From: Acidimicrobiia bacterium
GTDB lineage: Bacteria > Actinomycetota > Acidimicrobiia > Spongiisociales > ZC4RG35
Assembly: GCA_025937235.1 (NCBI GenBank)
Contig: JAICRU010000001.1
Location: 7,516 to 71,515, forward strand
Length of the DNA: 64,000 nucleotides
Direction of reading: 5' to 3'
The notes beneath the pieces are model-generated. The model was not told the DNA's origin and did not search any database. It worked only from the letters and a program-made list of their open reading frames with translations. Shown piece by piece: positions 44,478 to 54,152 of this stretch (position 1 is the stretch's first letter; each line of letters begins with the position of its first letter). The position numbers and the translations under genes are program-made.

Positions 44478-47400
44478 CTAGACCGGCACCGCGGATGCCT
44501 CGAGCACCATGGCGGCGGCGTCGAAGGGGTTCATCTGGCGTCCGTTGTGACGGGCAGCCTGGAGAGCGGGGTCTTGCAGGGAGTCGGCCATCGAGGAGAG
44601 GGCGTCGAACAGCCACATGATCAGCGGCCAGGGATGGAGCCCGATTCTCTCTCGCACGTCTTCGGCAGCCCCGAGAGCGATCATGCCCAGCTCTGCCTGG
44701 CCCTCGGTGAAGGAGAGTGACGCAGTGGCCTCGAGGGCGTAACACAGACCCTCGCGGTAGTTCATCTCCCTGAACACCTGGAACGATCGACGAAGGGCTT
44801 CCCGGGCCTGAGTCATCCGGCCGGTGGAGATGTAGGTGAAGCCCAATTGGGCTTCGGACAGTCCGATCAGTGCCCCATTGCCCAGCTCGAGCCCGATCTC
44901 ACGGGTGGCCAGCTGGAAGCCCTCTGCCGCTTCGGTGTCACCACTGGATCCGGCCAGGATGCCGAGGGCGATCAGGGCGTAACCCTCACCCCAGCGGTCT
45001 CCGAATCCCCGGAAGCGGCTGAGGGCGACATCGAGCCTCCTCTTCACCTCCGATGGATCGTCACCAGAGACCGGCAGGAGGAGGGCGGAGACGAAATCCG
45101 ACCAGTTGTGACTGTCGATGTCCCCGTTGTCCTCGACAATGGGCAGGGCCAAATCGATCGATTCCTTCGCCTGCACGTATTCGCCCATCTCGTAATGGAT
45201 CCCGCCCCGGAGAAACCAATACCGGCCGGCGAGAAGACCGTCGAGCTTCTCCGGCGACGTGACCGCGGCGAGATAGCGGGCCCCGTCCCGGAGATGGTTG
45301 CCTATCCAGAGATAGACCCACAGGCCGTGCGTCATCCTCACCAGCGAGTCGAAGGCGCCCCGCTCCACCAGCCAGTCGGCGGCCACGTCGATGTTGTTCC
45401 AGTCGGCGGCCAGCCGTTCCACTGTCTCTTTCTGCTTGGGGCCGCGCAGATCCTCGAGAGATGCTTCCGCCAGGCGGACGTAGTAGTCGGCATGACGATC
45501 TTTCACTCGGTCGTGCTCGCCGGATTCGATCAATCTGCGGAGACCGAACTCCCGGATCGGTGCCAGCATGCGCAGCCTGCCGTCGCCGCCTTGCGCCGGT
45601 AGGACCAGGCTGTTCTCGACCAGGACCATGAGTTGGTCGACGACGTCACCCTCCTCGACCGCGACCTCCTGAGCCGATTCCACCGTGAATCCGCCCAGAA
45701 AGACACAGAGCCGGCAGAAAAGGGTCTGTTCCTCCCGGGTCAGGAGTTGGTAGCTCCAGTCGATGGCGGCGTCGAGGGTCTTCTGCCGGCCGGGAACGTC
45801 GGCCGCCCCCGTGCCAAGCGCATCGAGAGACCGAGTGAGACGCTCGGAGAGGGCCTTGGGGCTCAGCATTCGCAGACGGGCCGCGGCGAGCTCGATGGCC
45901 AGTGGCAGCCCGTCGACCTTGCTCACGATCGATGCCACCGGGGAGGCGTTCTCCTCGTCGATCGAGAACCCGGGTATCACCGAAAGGGCCCGATCCAAGA
46001 AAAGTCGGACCGCCGCCGACGCCGAGATGGACTCGATCTGCTCCGAACCGACGGGTGGCAGGCTCAACGGCTCGAGGGTGTACTCGTATTCGCTCATGAT
46101 GCGGAGTGGGACGCGACTGGTCACGAGCACCTTCAAGCCCGGGCTGCGCCCGAGGAGGTCGGCTACTGCCGATCCGCCCTCGACCACCTGTTCGAAATTG
46201 TCGATCACGAGGAGCACCTGTTGATCCTGGAACTCGCCGGAGAGGGCATCGAGCGGCTCTCCCTCGATGGGGATCCCGGCCGCGGTGCCGATGGCGAGCA
46301 AGACCTGGGAAGGGTCGGTGATCGGCGCCAGGTTCACGAAGTAGACCCCGTCGGGGAATGAGGTCGCCGCCTCCTGGGCGACGGAAAGGGCGAGTCGTGT
46401 CTTGCCCACGCCACCGGCGCCGACGATGGTGGTCAGACGGACCTCGGGCCGTCCCAACATCTCCAGGAGCTCGGATAGCTCCTTGTCCCGCCCCACAAGG
46501 TTGTTCTGCGGGGCGGGAAGACGTATCCGGCTCGTGGAACGGGCCCGGGGGAGGGGGAACTCCGCCCTGAGCCCGGGGGCGACGACCTGGAAGAGCTTCT
46601 CCGCCCGGGAGAGGCCCTTCAGCGCATATGAACCGAGCTCGCGCAGCTCCCACCCGGCGTCGGCGACCTGAGCTTCGACCAGTTCCCGGACCGGGGCCGA
46701 GACGATGATCTGGCCGCCGTGGGCCGAGGAGGACACCCGTGAGGCGCGATGCACGTCGAGGCCGACATAGCCCCCGGACCCGATCCGGGCAGTCCCGGTG
46801 TGGAGCCCGAGACGGGCCAGGACCGGAAGCGAGCGAGGCCACTCGGCGCTGCCGAGCTCGCTCTGGATCTGCACGGTCGCGCTCACCGCCTGGAAGGGGT
46901 CGGTGAACACGGAGAAGAGCCGTTCACCTTCCAGGTCGACCACGGTGCCCCCATGCTGGAGCGTGGCTCCGGCGACCACGCCGTGATAGCCGGCGAGGAC
47001 CCGGGCGTATTCGTCACCCAGCTGTTCCACAAGTGAGGTGGAACCAGCCAGGTCGCCGAACATGAACGTCAGGGTCCCCATGGGAAGTGAGCTGGGCGCG
47101 GGCTCGATAGCGGCGAACCCCTCGGCCATGACCACGGCGAGGTCGTCCACGAGCAGCTCGGCCAGCTCGCCTGGCGACTCGAAGGACCTGATCGACATCC
47201 GCCCTTCGGCCCGAATCCGCTCGAGGAGCCGGCTCAGACCCGTCTCGCGCTCTGTGGCCGGCTCCTTGACGTAGACCAGCCCGGGGAGACCGGCGCCTCG
47301 GTCGTAGTCCCGTTCCAGATCGGAATGGTCGTCCCCCGACCAGCCGAGCGTCTGCCAGTAGATGCCGACGAAGATGTCCGCGTCCTCGAGGGTGGGCCCG

Positions 47401-47585
47401 TTCTGACTCGGGCGTGACCCCAGATCTACCCCGGCGGGTCGGAGACGAAGGGTCTTGACCGCCGATTGGGCGGCCTCACGCTCCGAATTGAGCTCGCCGA
47501 GATTCGACGAGATGTAGACGGTCAGCCTGGAGTCGAAGCCAACACTGCCGGCATCCACGCCGGCCCCCTCCCAGAGCGCACTCAC
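44478..47585 (-). CDS. Multidomain STAND protein: DUF4062-like N-domain, class III cyclase domain, NB-ARC/AAA P-loop NTPase, TPR array
   Basis: N-terminus LTVYISSNLGELNSEREAA...DADIFVGIYW. Cyclase domain LTFMFGDLAGSTSL...RLGLHTG...GLDVHRASRV...GGQIIVS. P-loop VGAGGVGKTRLAL with Walker B VLLVIDNFEQV. C-terminal ~400 aa of TPR-like helices. Confidence 0.85.
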   Translation of the reverse strand: MSALWEGAGVDAGSVGFDSRLTVYISSNLGELNSEREAAQSAVKTLRLRPAGVDLGSRPSQNGPTLEDADIFVGIYWQTLGWSGDDHSDLERDYDRGAGLPGLVYVKEPATERETGLSRLLERIRAEGRMSIRSFESPGELAELLVDDLAVVMAEGFAAIEPAPSSLPMGTLTFMFGDLAGSTSLVEQLGDEYARVLAGYHGVVAGATLQHGGTVVDLEGERLFSVFTDPFQAVSATVQIQSELGSAEWPRSLPVLARLGLHTGTARIGSGGYVGLDVHRASRVSSSAHGGQIIVSAPVRELVEAQVADAGWELRELGSYALKGLSRAEKLFQVVAPGLRAEFPLPRARSTSRIRLPAPQNNLVGRDKELSELLEMLGRPEVRLTTIVGAGGVGKTRLALSVAQEAATSFPDGVYFVNLAPITDPSQVLLAIGTAAGIPIEGEPLDALSGEFQDQQVLLVIDNFEQVVEGGSAVADLLGRSPGLKVLVTSRVPLRIMSEYEYTLEPLSLPPVGSEQIESISASAAVRLFLDRALSVIPGFSIDEENASPVASIVSKVDGLPLAIELAAARLRMLSPKALSERLTRSLDALGTGAADVPGRQKTLDAAIDWSYQLLTREEQTLFCRLCVFLGGFTVESAQEVAVEEGDVVDQLMVLVENSLVLPAQGGDGRLRMLAPIREFGLRRLIESGEHDRVKDRHADYYVRLAEASLEDLRGPKQKETVERLAADWNNIDVAADWLVERGAFDSLVRMTHGLWVYLWIGNHLRDGARYLAAVTSPEKLDGLLAGRYWFLRGGIHYEMGEYVQAKESIDLALPIVEDNGDIDSHNWSDFVSALLLPVSGDDPSEVKRRLDVALSRFRGFGDRWGEGYALIALGILAGSSGDTEAAEGFQLATREIGLELGNGALIGLSEAQLGFTYISTGRMTQAREALRRSFQVFREMNYREGLCYALEATASLSFTEGQAELGMIALGAAEDVRERIGLHPWPLIMWLFDALSSMADSLQDPALQAARHNGRQMNPFDAAAMVLEASAVPV

Positions 47586-47665
47586 GAGCAGTCACGCTAC
47601 CTGGAAATTGGGAGCTACAAGTTCGCATAGCGCAGCTCCCGATCCCAATTTCGCAAGGGGGATAC

Positions 47666-48298
47666 TCAGCGGTCGAGATGTTCCCAGGCGCCGGGAACGG
47701 GATGTGGAGAGATGTCCCATCGGGGCAGGAAGAACTGGACCAACGGGCCGATTGCCAGCGCGAAGACGATGGTTCCCAGCCCGAAAGTGCCACCGAGGAT
47801 CCATCCGAGGGTGAGGACGGTGATCTCGATGAGCGCCCGGGTCAGCCTTATCGACGGTCCTCGTCTTGCGATCCCCGTCATCAGCCCGTCACGGGGCCCG
47901 GGCCCGAGGTTGGCCCCGATGTACAGACCCGAGGCGAGACCGATGAGCACGACGCCGCCGAGAAGCATGGCCCATGCCACACCGGTCATCGTCGCTGGAG
48001 GGATGAACAGCCCGGTGAGGTCGATGACGACACCGATGATGAGAGCGTTGAGCAGGGTCCCGAGCCCGTAAGGCTGCCGCAGCGGCAGCCAGAGCACCAA
48101 CACCGCCAGTGAGACGATGATCGACCAGATGCCGACGGTGAGCCCGAACTGACGAGAGAGCCCCTGGTGAAGCACGTCCCAGGGCGGCACCCCGAGACCG
48201 GACTGCAGCATCAGGCCGATACCCACACCGAACAGGACGAGCCCGATGATGAGCTGAGTGATGCGCCGGGCGAGTCGTTCGCCGGCGACCGGGATCAA
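47666..48298 (-). CDS. YczE/YitT-like membrane protein
   Basis: RRITQLIIGLVLFGVGIGLMLQSGLGVPPWDVLHQGLS is typical. Start set at TTG 48298, 8 nt after the EamA stop. Confidence 0.65.
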   Translation of the reverse strand: MIPVAGERLARRITQLIIGLVLFGVGIGLMLQSGLGVPPWDVLHQGLSRQFGLTVGIWSIIVSLAVLVLWLPLRQPYGLGTLLNALIIGVVIDLTGLFIPPATMTGVAWAMLLGGVVLIGLASGLYIGANLGPGPRDGLMTGIARRGPSIRLTRALIEITVLTLGWILGGTFGLGTIVFALAIGPLVQFFLPRWDISPHPVPGAWEHLDR

Positions 48299-48306
48299 AT
48301 ACTTGC

Positions 48307-49233
48307 TCAGGCGGGAACCTCGATCTCCGCGCGGGGGCGCGACGCCAGATAAACACCGGCGGACACGGCGAGCATTCCGATCACGTCCAGCAAGCCCGGC
48401 ACCTCGTCGAGGAATGCCCAGGCCAGCAACCCGATCTGGATCAGCATGGTGTTGTTGATCGCAGCCGATTCGGTGGCCGACAGGTGCTGCAGGCTCCGGT
48501 TCCAGAGGGTGAAGGCCAGGGCGGTGTTCACCCCGGCCAACCACAGAACGATCAGCCACGCCCGGCCCGACATGCCGGGCCACCCCTCGACGGCCACGCC
48601 ACCGACGACCAGCGCCAGCGCACCGATACCCATGCTCACCACGGTCACCACCAGAGGGGGGAGGGTGCGGTCACGGTTGGCCGCCCGGCCGATCAGGGCC
48701 CCGGAGGCATTGGCGAGCAAGCCAACGCCGGCTGCGAGCATCCCAACCGGAGTGAACCCGAGGTCACCCAGGAAGTAGGTGGTGGCACCGAGGACGATGC
48801 AGGCCGCCCCCACCACCTGCCGCGCCCCAGGTCTCTCGCCGAGGGTGAGATTGGAGACGCCGGCTACCAGGAGCGGGGTCAGCGAGAGGATCAGACTGGT
48901 CGTCGCCGCCGGCTGCGAGTCGATTGCCACGAATTGGGCACCCTGGGCCAGGGTCACGAACACGAGCCCGAGCACCGAGAGGGTCACCCAGGACCTGTTG
49001 CTCATGCGGGCGATGGCGAAGCGTGCGCCGGGTGTTGCTGCGGTGATCCCCGCCAAGAGGATTGCGGCCAGGAGGTACCTGATGCCCGCGAAGGTGACCG
49101 GCCGGAGGCCTTCGTCGTCGAGACCCCATCTGATCAGGACCCAAGACGAGGCCCAGAGCATGGTCACGAAGAGAGCGAGGAAGAGGGCGCGGGTGTGCTC
49201 TCGTCTTGCCGTGTGTCCCCGGGCTTCAGGCAC
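48307..49233 (-). CDS. EamA/DMT-family transporter
   Basis: 308 aa, about 10 TM, two EamA-like halves. GTG 49233 overlaps the stop of the upstream LLM gene by 8 nt. Confidence 0.75.
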   Translation of the reverse strand: MPEARGHTARREHTRALFLALFVTMLWASSWVLIRWGLDDEGLRPVTFAGIRYLLAAILLAGITAATPGARFAIARMSNRSWVTLSVLGLVFVTLAQGAQFVAIDSQPAATTSLILSLTPLLVAGVSNLTLGERPGARQVVGAACIVLGATTYFLGDLGFTPVGMLAAGVGLLANASGALIGRAANRDRTLPPLVVTVVSMGIGALALVVGGVAVEGWPGMSGRAWLIVLWLAGVNTALAFTLWNRSLQHLSATESAAINNTMLIQIGLLAWAFLDEVPGLLDVIGMLAVSAGVYLASRPRAEIEVPA

Positions 49234-50074
49234 CGAGCGCCGCCGCCACCCGGGAGGGGAGGTCGGCTCCGGTGGGAGGCATGAAGCTGACCAGGGCGTG
49301 TTGGGCGCCCGACGCCCGAAAGGCCGCCACCCGGTCAACGGTCTCGGCGATGTCGCCCGGGTAGCGGAATTGAGCGGAGACCTCGATATCCGCGCGGTCA
49401 CGCCCCACTTCCTCACACGCTTCGTCGAGCCGGTGAAGGGCTGACAGGAAACCATCCATGTCGCCGGTGAAGTCGGGATAGTTCCATTGATCAGCCCAGC
49501 GGGCGGCGAGGGGGATCGTTCGCCTCGGGCCGGCTCCTCCGACCACGAACGGGGGCCGGGGCTTCTGCGCTGGCTTGGGCTCGAACCTGGCGGATTTGAT
49601 CGTCCGATGCTTGCCCTGGAAGTCGAAGACCTCCACGGTCATGAGCCCGTGCACGATCTCGAAGGTCTCGTCGAGCAGCTCGAACCGGTCCCGGATCGGA
49701 GGCAGATCGATGCCGAAGGCATCGTGCTCTCGCTCGTGCCAGCCTGCCCCCACCCCCAGCTCCAATCTCCCATCGGACATGTGGTCCAGGGTGACCGCCT
49801 GTTTGGCGAGGATGGCCGGGTGCCGGAAGGTGTTGGCGCTGACCATCGTCCCAAAGCGGATGCGGCTGGTCAGGGCGGCGAGACCGCCGAAGAGGGTCCA
49901 GCCGTCCATGATCGGGCGGTCCTCATCCCCTCGCGGCGGGTAGAGGTGGTCGTTGAGCCAGACCACATCCCAGAATCCCTCCCGGTCGGCGTCTACCCAC
50001 ACCTGCCGGATCTCAGGCCAATCGTGGTCCTGGGCCCAGAACTTGAACGAGTGACGGAAGGGACTGTCGGTCAC
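49226..50074 (-). CDS. LLM-class F420-dependent oxidoreductase (paralogue of 18980..19822)
   Basis: ...LNDHLYPP..., ...RIRFGTMVSANTFRHPA... and ...SDGRLELGVGAGW.... Collinear similarity to the other LLM protein in the window. Confidence 0.8.
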   Translation of the reverse strand: MTDSPFRHSFKFWAQDHDWPEIRQVWVDADREGFWDVVWLNDHLYPPRGDEDRPIMDGWTLFGGLAALTSRIRFGTMVSANTFRHPAILAKQAVTLDHMSDGRLELGVGAGWHEREHDAFGIDLPPIRDRFELLDETFEIVHGLMTVEVFDFQGKHRTIKSARFEPKPAQKPRPPFVVGGAGPRRTIPLAARWADQWNYPDFTGDMDGFLSALHRLDEACEEVGRDRADIEVSAQFRYPGDIAETVDRVAAFRASGAQHALVSFMPPTGADLPSRVAAALGA

Positions 50075-51984
50075 GGCCCATCCTTGCTGGTGACGAGGGG
50101 GACGACTGGCAGGTCGTCGTCGGGCTCGAAGCCGAGCACCATGCCGTAGAAGGCCAATTCGGACTCCAGGCTATGGATGATGTTCTCGGCCTTGCGGAAG
50201 CCGTGGTCCTCGCCTTCGTAGGTGATGTGGGCGTGGGGGATCCCGTTCTCGGCCAGGCCTGCGGCGATGACCTCGGCTTGCTCCGGGGGGACCACCTTGT
50301 CGTCGAGACCCTGGAACAGGATCACCGGGACTGTGATCCTGTCCACCGAGTACAGCGGGGAACGGCGCCGCATCTCCTCCCGATCGGTCCCGACCAGGCC
50401 ATCGAGGTATCGCGATTCGAACTTGTGCGTGTCGTCGACGAGCAGACCGAGATCTGCAACCCCGAAGTAGGAGCAACCCGCGCTGAAGGCGTCGCCGAAG
50501 GCGAGGGCGGCCAGGGTGGTGTACCCCCCGGCACTGCCACCGGTGATGATCAGCCGTTGAGCGTCGGCTTCCCCTTGGTTTGCCAGGAACTGCGCGGCGG
50601 CGAGGGCGTCCTCGACGTCCGTGATCCCCCAGTCCATGCGGAGCCGGTTGCGGTACTCCCGGCCATACCCGGTGGAGCCCCGATAGTTGACGTCGACGAT
50701 GGCAAAACCACGTGTCGTCCAGAAGAGGAAGTCGGGGCGAAGACGGGGGACGGAGACCGAGGTCGGCCCGCCGTGGATCTTGACGATTAGAGGTGGGCGC
50801 TCGTCCTCGGGCGAATCGAAGTCGGGATTCGCCGGTGGGTAGTGGACCGCATGGGCCACCTCCCCCTCCCCGCTGGGGAAGGTGATCACACGTGGCGTGG
50901 GGACGTAGGCGGGGTCAACAGGCATCCGGTTGGCGCGGATCGTCACGAGAGCACCGGTGTCGACGTCGAGTTGATAGACAGCGCTCGGGCTTCGGGTCCC
51001 GAAGCCGACGAACCACGCCCGGCTCTCGCCGTCGGTGATCAGGAAATTGTGACAGGTGAGCTCGTCGGGCAGAGGTGTGAGTTGTCCACCCTCCGGGGCG
51101 ATGATCCCGAGATGATCTACGCCGTCCTCCCAGAACGTGGTCAGGATGCGGCCACCGGAGAGAAAACCATACGTCTTGTAGCCGAAGATCCATCCGGGGA
51201 GACCGAAGTCGGCATCCATGGTCAGGAGCGGGGTGATGTCGTTGCCATCCAGCCGGTAGAGGTTCCACCATCCGGTGCGGTCGCTGACGAAGACGATGGC
51301 GCCGTCCGGGGCCCACTCGGGCTGGAACACCGACTCGTCGGGGCCACCGGCGAGCTCCGCGTGGTCGATCAGGCCATCTTCGGCGAATCTCGCCACCATC
51401 AGCCGGGTCCCGTCCCATGGCATGTTGGGGTGGTCCCATTCCAGCCACAGGAGCCGCCCACCGTCCGGGGATGGTCTCGGGTTGGAGTAGAAGTCGCGTC
51501 CGCCGGCAAGGACGCTGACGATCCCGCTCGACGGGTCGATCCTCACGATCTCGTTGACCGGGTCCGCCTCATCGTGGCGCTCCCGGACGCAGACGATGGC
51601 CCCGTCGGGCAGGAATCGCCCGTCGGCATAGCGGAGCCCGCCGGGCGTGCCGGGCCGGGGCGTTATCGGACCGGCCCCGAGGAGATGCAGCCGCTGGTCG
51701 GAGAACTCCGAATATGCCACCTGGCCGCCGCTGGCGACATAGGCGCCACCTCCGTATTCGTGCACGCTGGTGCGCACGTTGACCGGTGCCGCGGTCACGT
51801 CCGATATCGCGCCTTCGCCTTCGCGTTTGACCAGTACCTGGCGCCCGCCCTCCGATGGCCGCCCCTCGACCCAATAGAGGTCGCTGCCGTCGATCGCTAT
51901 CAACCCGAAGTCGACCACACCACCGACGGTGTCGGCAGCCGACATCGGGGACTTCCAGGTCCCGTAGGGTCTCTGTTCGGCCAT
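50071..51984 (-). CDS. S9-family serine peptidase (prolyl oligopeptidase/acylaminoacyl-peptidase-like)
   Basis: N-terminal beta-propeller region, then a catalytic domain with GGSAGGY nucleophile motif and ...GEDHGF.... ATGA overlap with the downstream LLM gene. Confidence 0.85.
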   Translation of the reverse strand: MAEQRPYGTWKSPMSAADTVGGVVDFGLIAIDGSDLYWVEGRPSEGGRQVLVKREGEGAISDVTAAPVNVRTSVHEYGGGAYVASGGQVAYSEFSDQRLHLLGAGPITPRPGTPGGLRYADGRFLPDGAIVCVRERHDEADPVNEIVRIDPSSGIVSVLAGGRDFYSNPRPSPDGGRLLWLEWDHPNMPWDGTRLMVARFAEDGLIDHAELAGGPDESVFQPEWAPDGAIVFVSDRTGWWNLYRLDGNDITPLLTMDADFGLPGWIFGYKTYGFLSGGRILTTFWEDGVDHLGIIAPEGGQLTPLPDELTCHNFLITDGESRAWFVGFGTRSPSAVYQLDVDTGALVTIRANRMPVDPAYVPTPRVITFPSGEGEVAHAVHYPPANPDFDSPEDERPPLIVKIHGGPTSVSVPRLRPDFLFWTTRGFAIVDVNYRGSTGYGREYRNRLRMDWGITDVEDALAAAQFLANQGEADAQRLIITGGSAGGYTTLAALAFGDAFSAGCSYFGVADLGLLVDDTHKFESRYLDGLVGTDREEMRRRSPLYSVDRITVPVILFQGLDDKVVPPEQAEVIAAGLAENGIPHAHITYEGEDHGFRKAENIIHSLESELAFYGMVLGFEPDDDLPVVPLVTSKDGP

Positions 51985-52060
51985 GGTCTGAGGCTATCCG
52001 CGCTCCGGTGCCCTTCTCCAATCATTACCTTTGCCCAATGCGAGGAGATCAGCGGCGGCC

Positions 52061-53134
52061 ATGACCACCCAAATACGAGACGAGGGTCTCTACGACTACG
52101 CCCTCAGAGAGCCCCGGCTACCCGAGCCGGAGAACCGGGACAACGACCGTCTCGACATCCCCATCGACACCCGGCTCGAGATGTACGAGACACAGCAGTT
52201 GCTCCGACAGTTCGAGAAGCGCGCCTACGACCTTTTCATGCAGAACCTGGTCAAGGGCACGTCACATCTCTCTCTGGGCCAGGAGGCGATCGCCACCGGG
52301 TTCGCCCGGGCGCAGCGGGACGGTGATTACACCTTCGCCACCTACCGCGGCCATGCCCACACTCTGGCCCGGGGAGCCGACCCTGGTGCGGTGCTGGCCG
52401 AATTGCTGGGAAGGGAGAACGGGATCCTCAAGGGCAAGGGCGGCTCCATGCACCTCACGTCGGTGGAGCACGGCATGATGGGCTCCTACGCCATCATCGG
52501 TGCCCAGCTGACCATCGCCAACGGAGCGGCATGGTCGGCCCAGATGAGGGGCAGCGGCCAGGTCGCCGTCTGCTTCTTCGGCGATGGGACGACCAACATC
52601 GGTGCGTTTCACGAGGCTCTGAACATGGCCGCCATCTGGCGCCTGCCTGTGGTCTTCGTCTGCGAGAACAATCTATGGATGGAGTACACGCCGATCGACC
52701 TGATCACAGCTGTACCCAACCCGGCCGCGGACCGCGCCGCTGCTTACGGGCTGGAGAGCATCATCGTCGACGGCAACGACGCGGATGCCGTGTATGAGAC
52801 AGCGGCCCGCGTGATCGACCGGGCACGCCGCGGGGACGGACCGTCACTGGTCGAGGCTCACACGTACCGAGAGCAAGGCCACAGCAGGGCCGATCCCGCC
52901 AAGTACCGCCCGCCATCGGAGGTGGAGGCGTGGAAGGCGAGGGATCCGATTCCGATGTACCACGAGCGGCTCCTTCGCCTCGGGGTGCCCGAGGGTGATC
53001 TGAGCGCGATCCAGCAGGATGTCGCCCGGCGGGTCGACGAGGCGACCGAGTTCGCCAAGAGTGGGGCCCATCCCGGCGAGGAGCACCTCATGACCGACGT
53101 CTGGGCAGACGGGGGCTCGGCATGGCGGAACTGA
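52061..53134 (+). CDS. Thiamine-diphosphate-dependent 2-oxoacid dehydrogenase E1 alpha subunit
   Basis: ...YRGH... and TPP-binding FFGDGTTNIGAFHEALNMAAIWRLPVVFVCENN. Start at ATG 52061. Confidence 0.85.
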   Translation: MTTQIRDEGLYDYALREPRLPEPENRDNDRLDIPIDTRLEMYETQQLLRQFEKRAYDLFMQNLVKGTSHLSLGQEAIATGFARAQRDGDYTFATYRGHAHTLARGADPGAVLAELLGRENGILKGKGGSMHLTSVEHGMMGSYAIIGAQLTIANGAAWSAQMRGSGQVAVCFFGDGTTNIGAFHEALNMAAIWRLPVVFVCENNLWMEYTPIDLITAVPNPAADRAAAYGLESIIVDGNDADAVYETAARVIDRARRGDGPSLVEAHTYREQGHSRADPAKYRPPSEVEAWKARDPIPMYHERLLRLGVPEGDLSAIQQDVARRVDEATEFAKSGAHPGEEHLMTDVWADGGSAWRN

Positions 53135-54096
53135 CCTATCGAAACGCGGTTGCCCATGGGATCGCCCAGGAGATGAGGCGAGACCCCAACCTGGTGATGC
53201 TGGGTGAGGACATCGCGGGCGCCGGGGGGGTCTTCAAGACCACGGTTGGCCTCCTCGACGAGTTCGGCCCCGAGCGGGTGCGTGACACGCCGATCTCCGA
53301 ACAGGCGATCCTGGGCGCGGCGATGGGGGCCGCGATGACCGGTATCCCGGTGATCGCCGAGATCATGTTCTCCGATTTCATCGCGGTTTGCTTCGATCTG
53401 TTGGCCAACGAGATCGCCAAGTCCCGGTACATGACCGCGGGCCAGGTCAGCATCCCGATCGTGGTGCGAACGGCCAACGGTGGCGGCTCCAGGTTCGGGG
53501 CCCAGCACTCACAGAGTGTCGAGAACTGGGTGATGATGATCCCCGGTCTGAAGGTAGTTGCACCTTCCACTCCGCTCGACGTGGTCGGGCTGATGGCGGC
53601 TTCGGTGCGCGACCCCGACCCGGTGGTGTTCCTGGAGCACAAGTCGCTCATGGCGGACAAGCAGGATGTCCCTGACGGCGAGATCGTGGATGAGCTCGGT
53701 GTGGCCCGGGTCGTCCGTGAGGGCTCCGATTGCACCATCGCAGCCCTGGCCTTGATGGTCCCTCGAGCGCTCGAGGCGGCGGCTCGCCTCGAGGATCAGG
53801 GGATCTCGGCTGAGGTGATCGACGTGAGGACCTTGGTCCCGCTCGACACCCAGGCCATCCTCGGCTCGGTGACGAAGACCAGTCGGCTATTCACGGTGGA
53901 GGAGAATCCCCGTCTTTGCGGCTGGGGGGCCGAGATCGCTTCGATCGTCTCCGATGAGGTCTTCTGGGACCTCGATGGGCCGGTCGTGCGCATCACCACT
54001 CCGCACATCCCGCTGCCCGCCGCAGAGGCGCTGGAAGACATGGCGATCCCCTCCGTCGACCTCGTCACCGAGACGATCACCAAGCGCATGGGCTGA
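53122..54096 (+). CDS. 2-oxoacid dehydrogenase E1 beta subunit
   Basis: MAELTYRNAVAHGIAQEM...RVRDTPISEQAILGAAMGAAMTG.... 13-nt overlap with the alpha subunit gene. Confidence 0.9.
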   Translation: MAELTYRNAVAHGIAQEMRRDPNLVMLGEDIAGAGGVFKTTVGLLDEFGPERVRDTPISEQAILGAAMGAAMTGIPVIAEIMFSDFIAVCFDLLANEIAKSRYMTAGQVSIPIVVRTANGGGSRFGAQHSQSVENWVMMIPGLKVVAPSTPLDVVGLMAASVRDPDPVVFLEHKSLMADKQDVPDGEIVDELGVARVVREGSDCTIAALALMVPRALEAAARLEDQGISAEVIDVRTLVPLDTQAILGSVTKTSRLFTVEENPRLCGWGAEIASIVSDEVFWDLDGPVVRITTPHIPLPAAEALEDMAIPSVDLVTETITKRMG

Positions 54097-54121
54097 GCCG
54101 TTTCGGCGAATCGGGCTAAAC

Positions 54122-54141
54122 CTCGGCCCGCAACGGCCGAG
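54122..54141 (+). terminator. Short stem-loop after the E1 beta gene
   Basis: CTCGGCC-cgcaac-GGCCGAG (7-bp stem), 26 nt after the stop. No T-tract, so weak. Confidence 0.3.
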
Positions 54142-54152
54142 TAAATCCTTGT

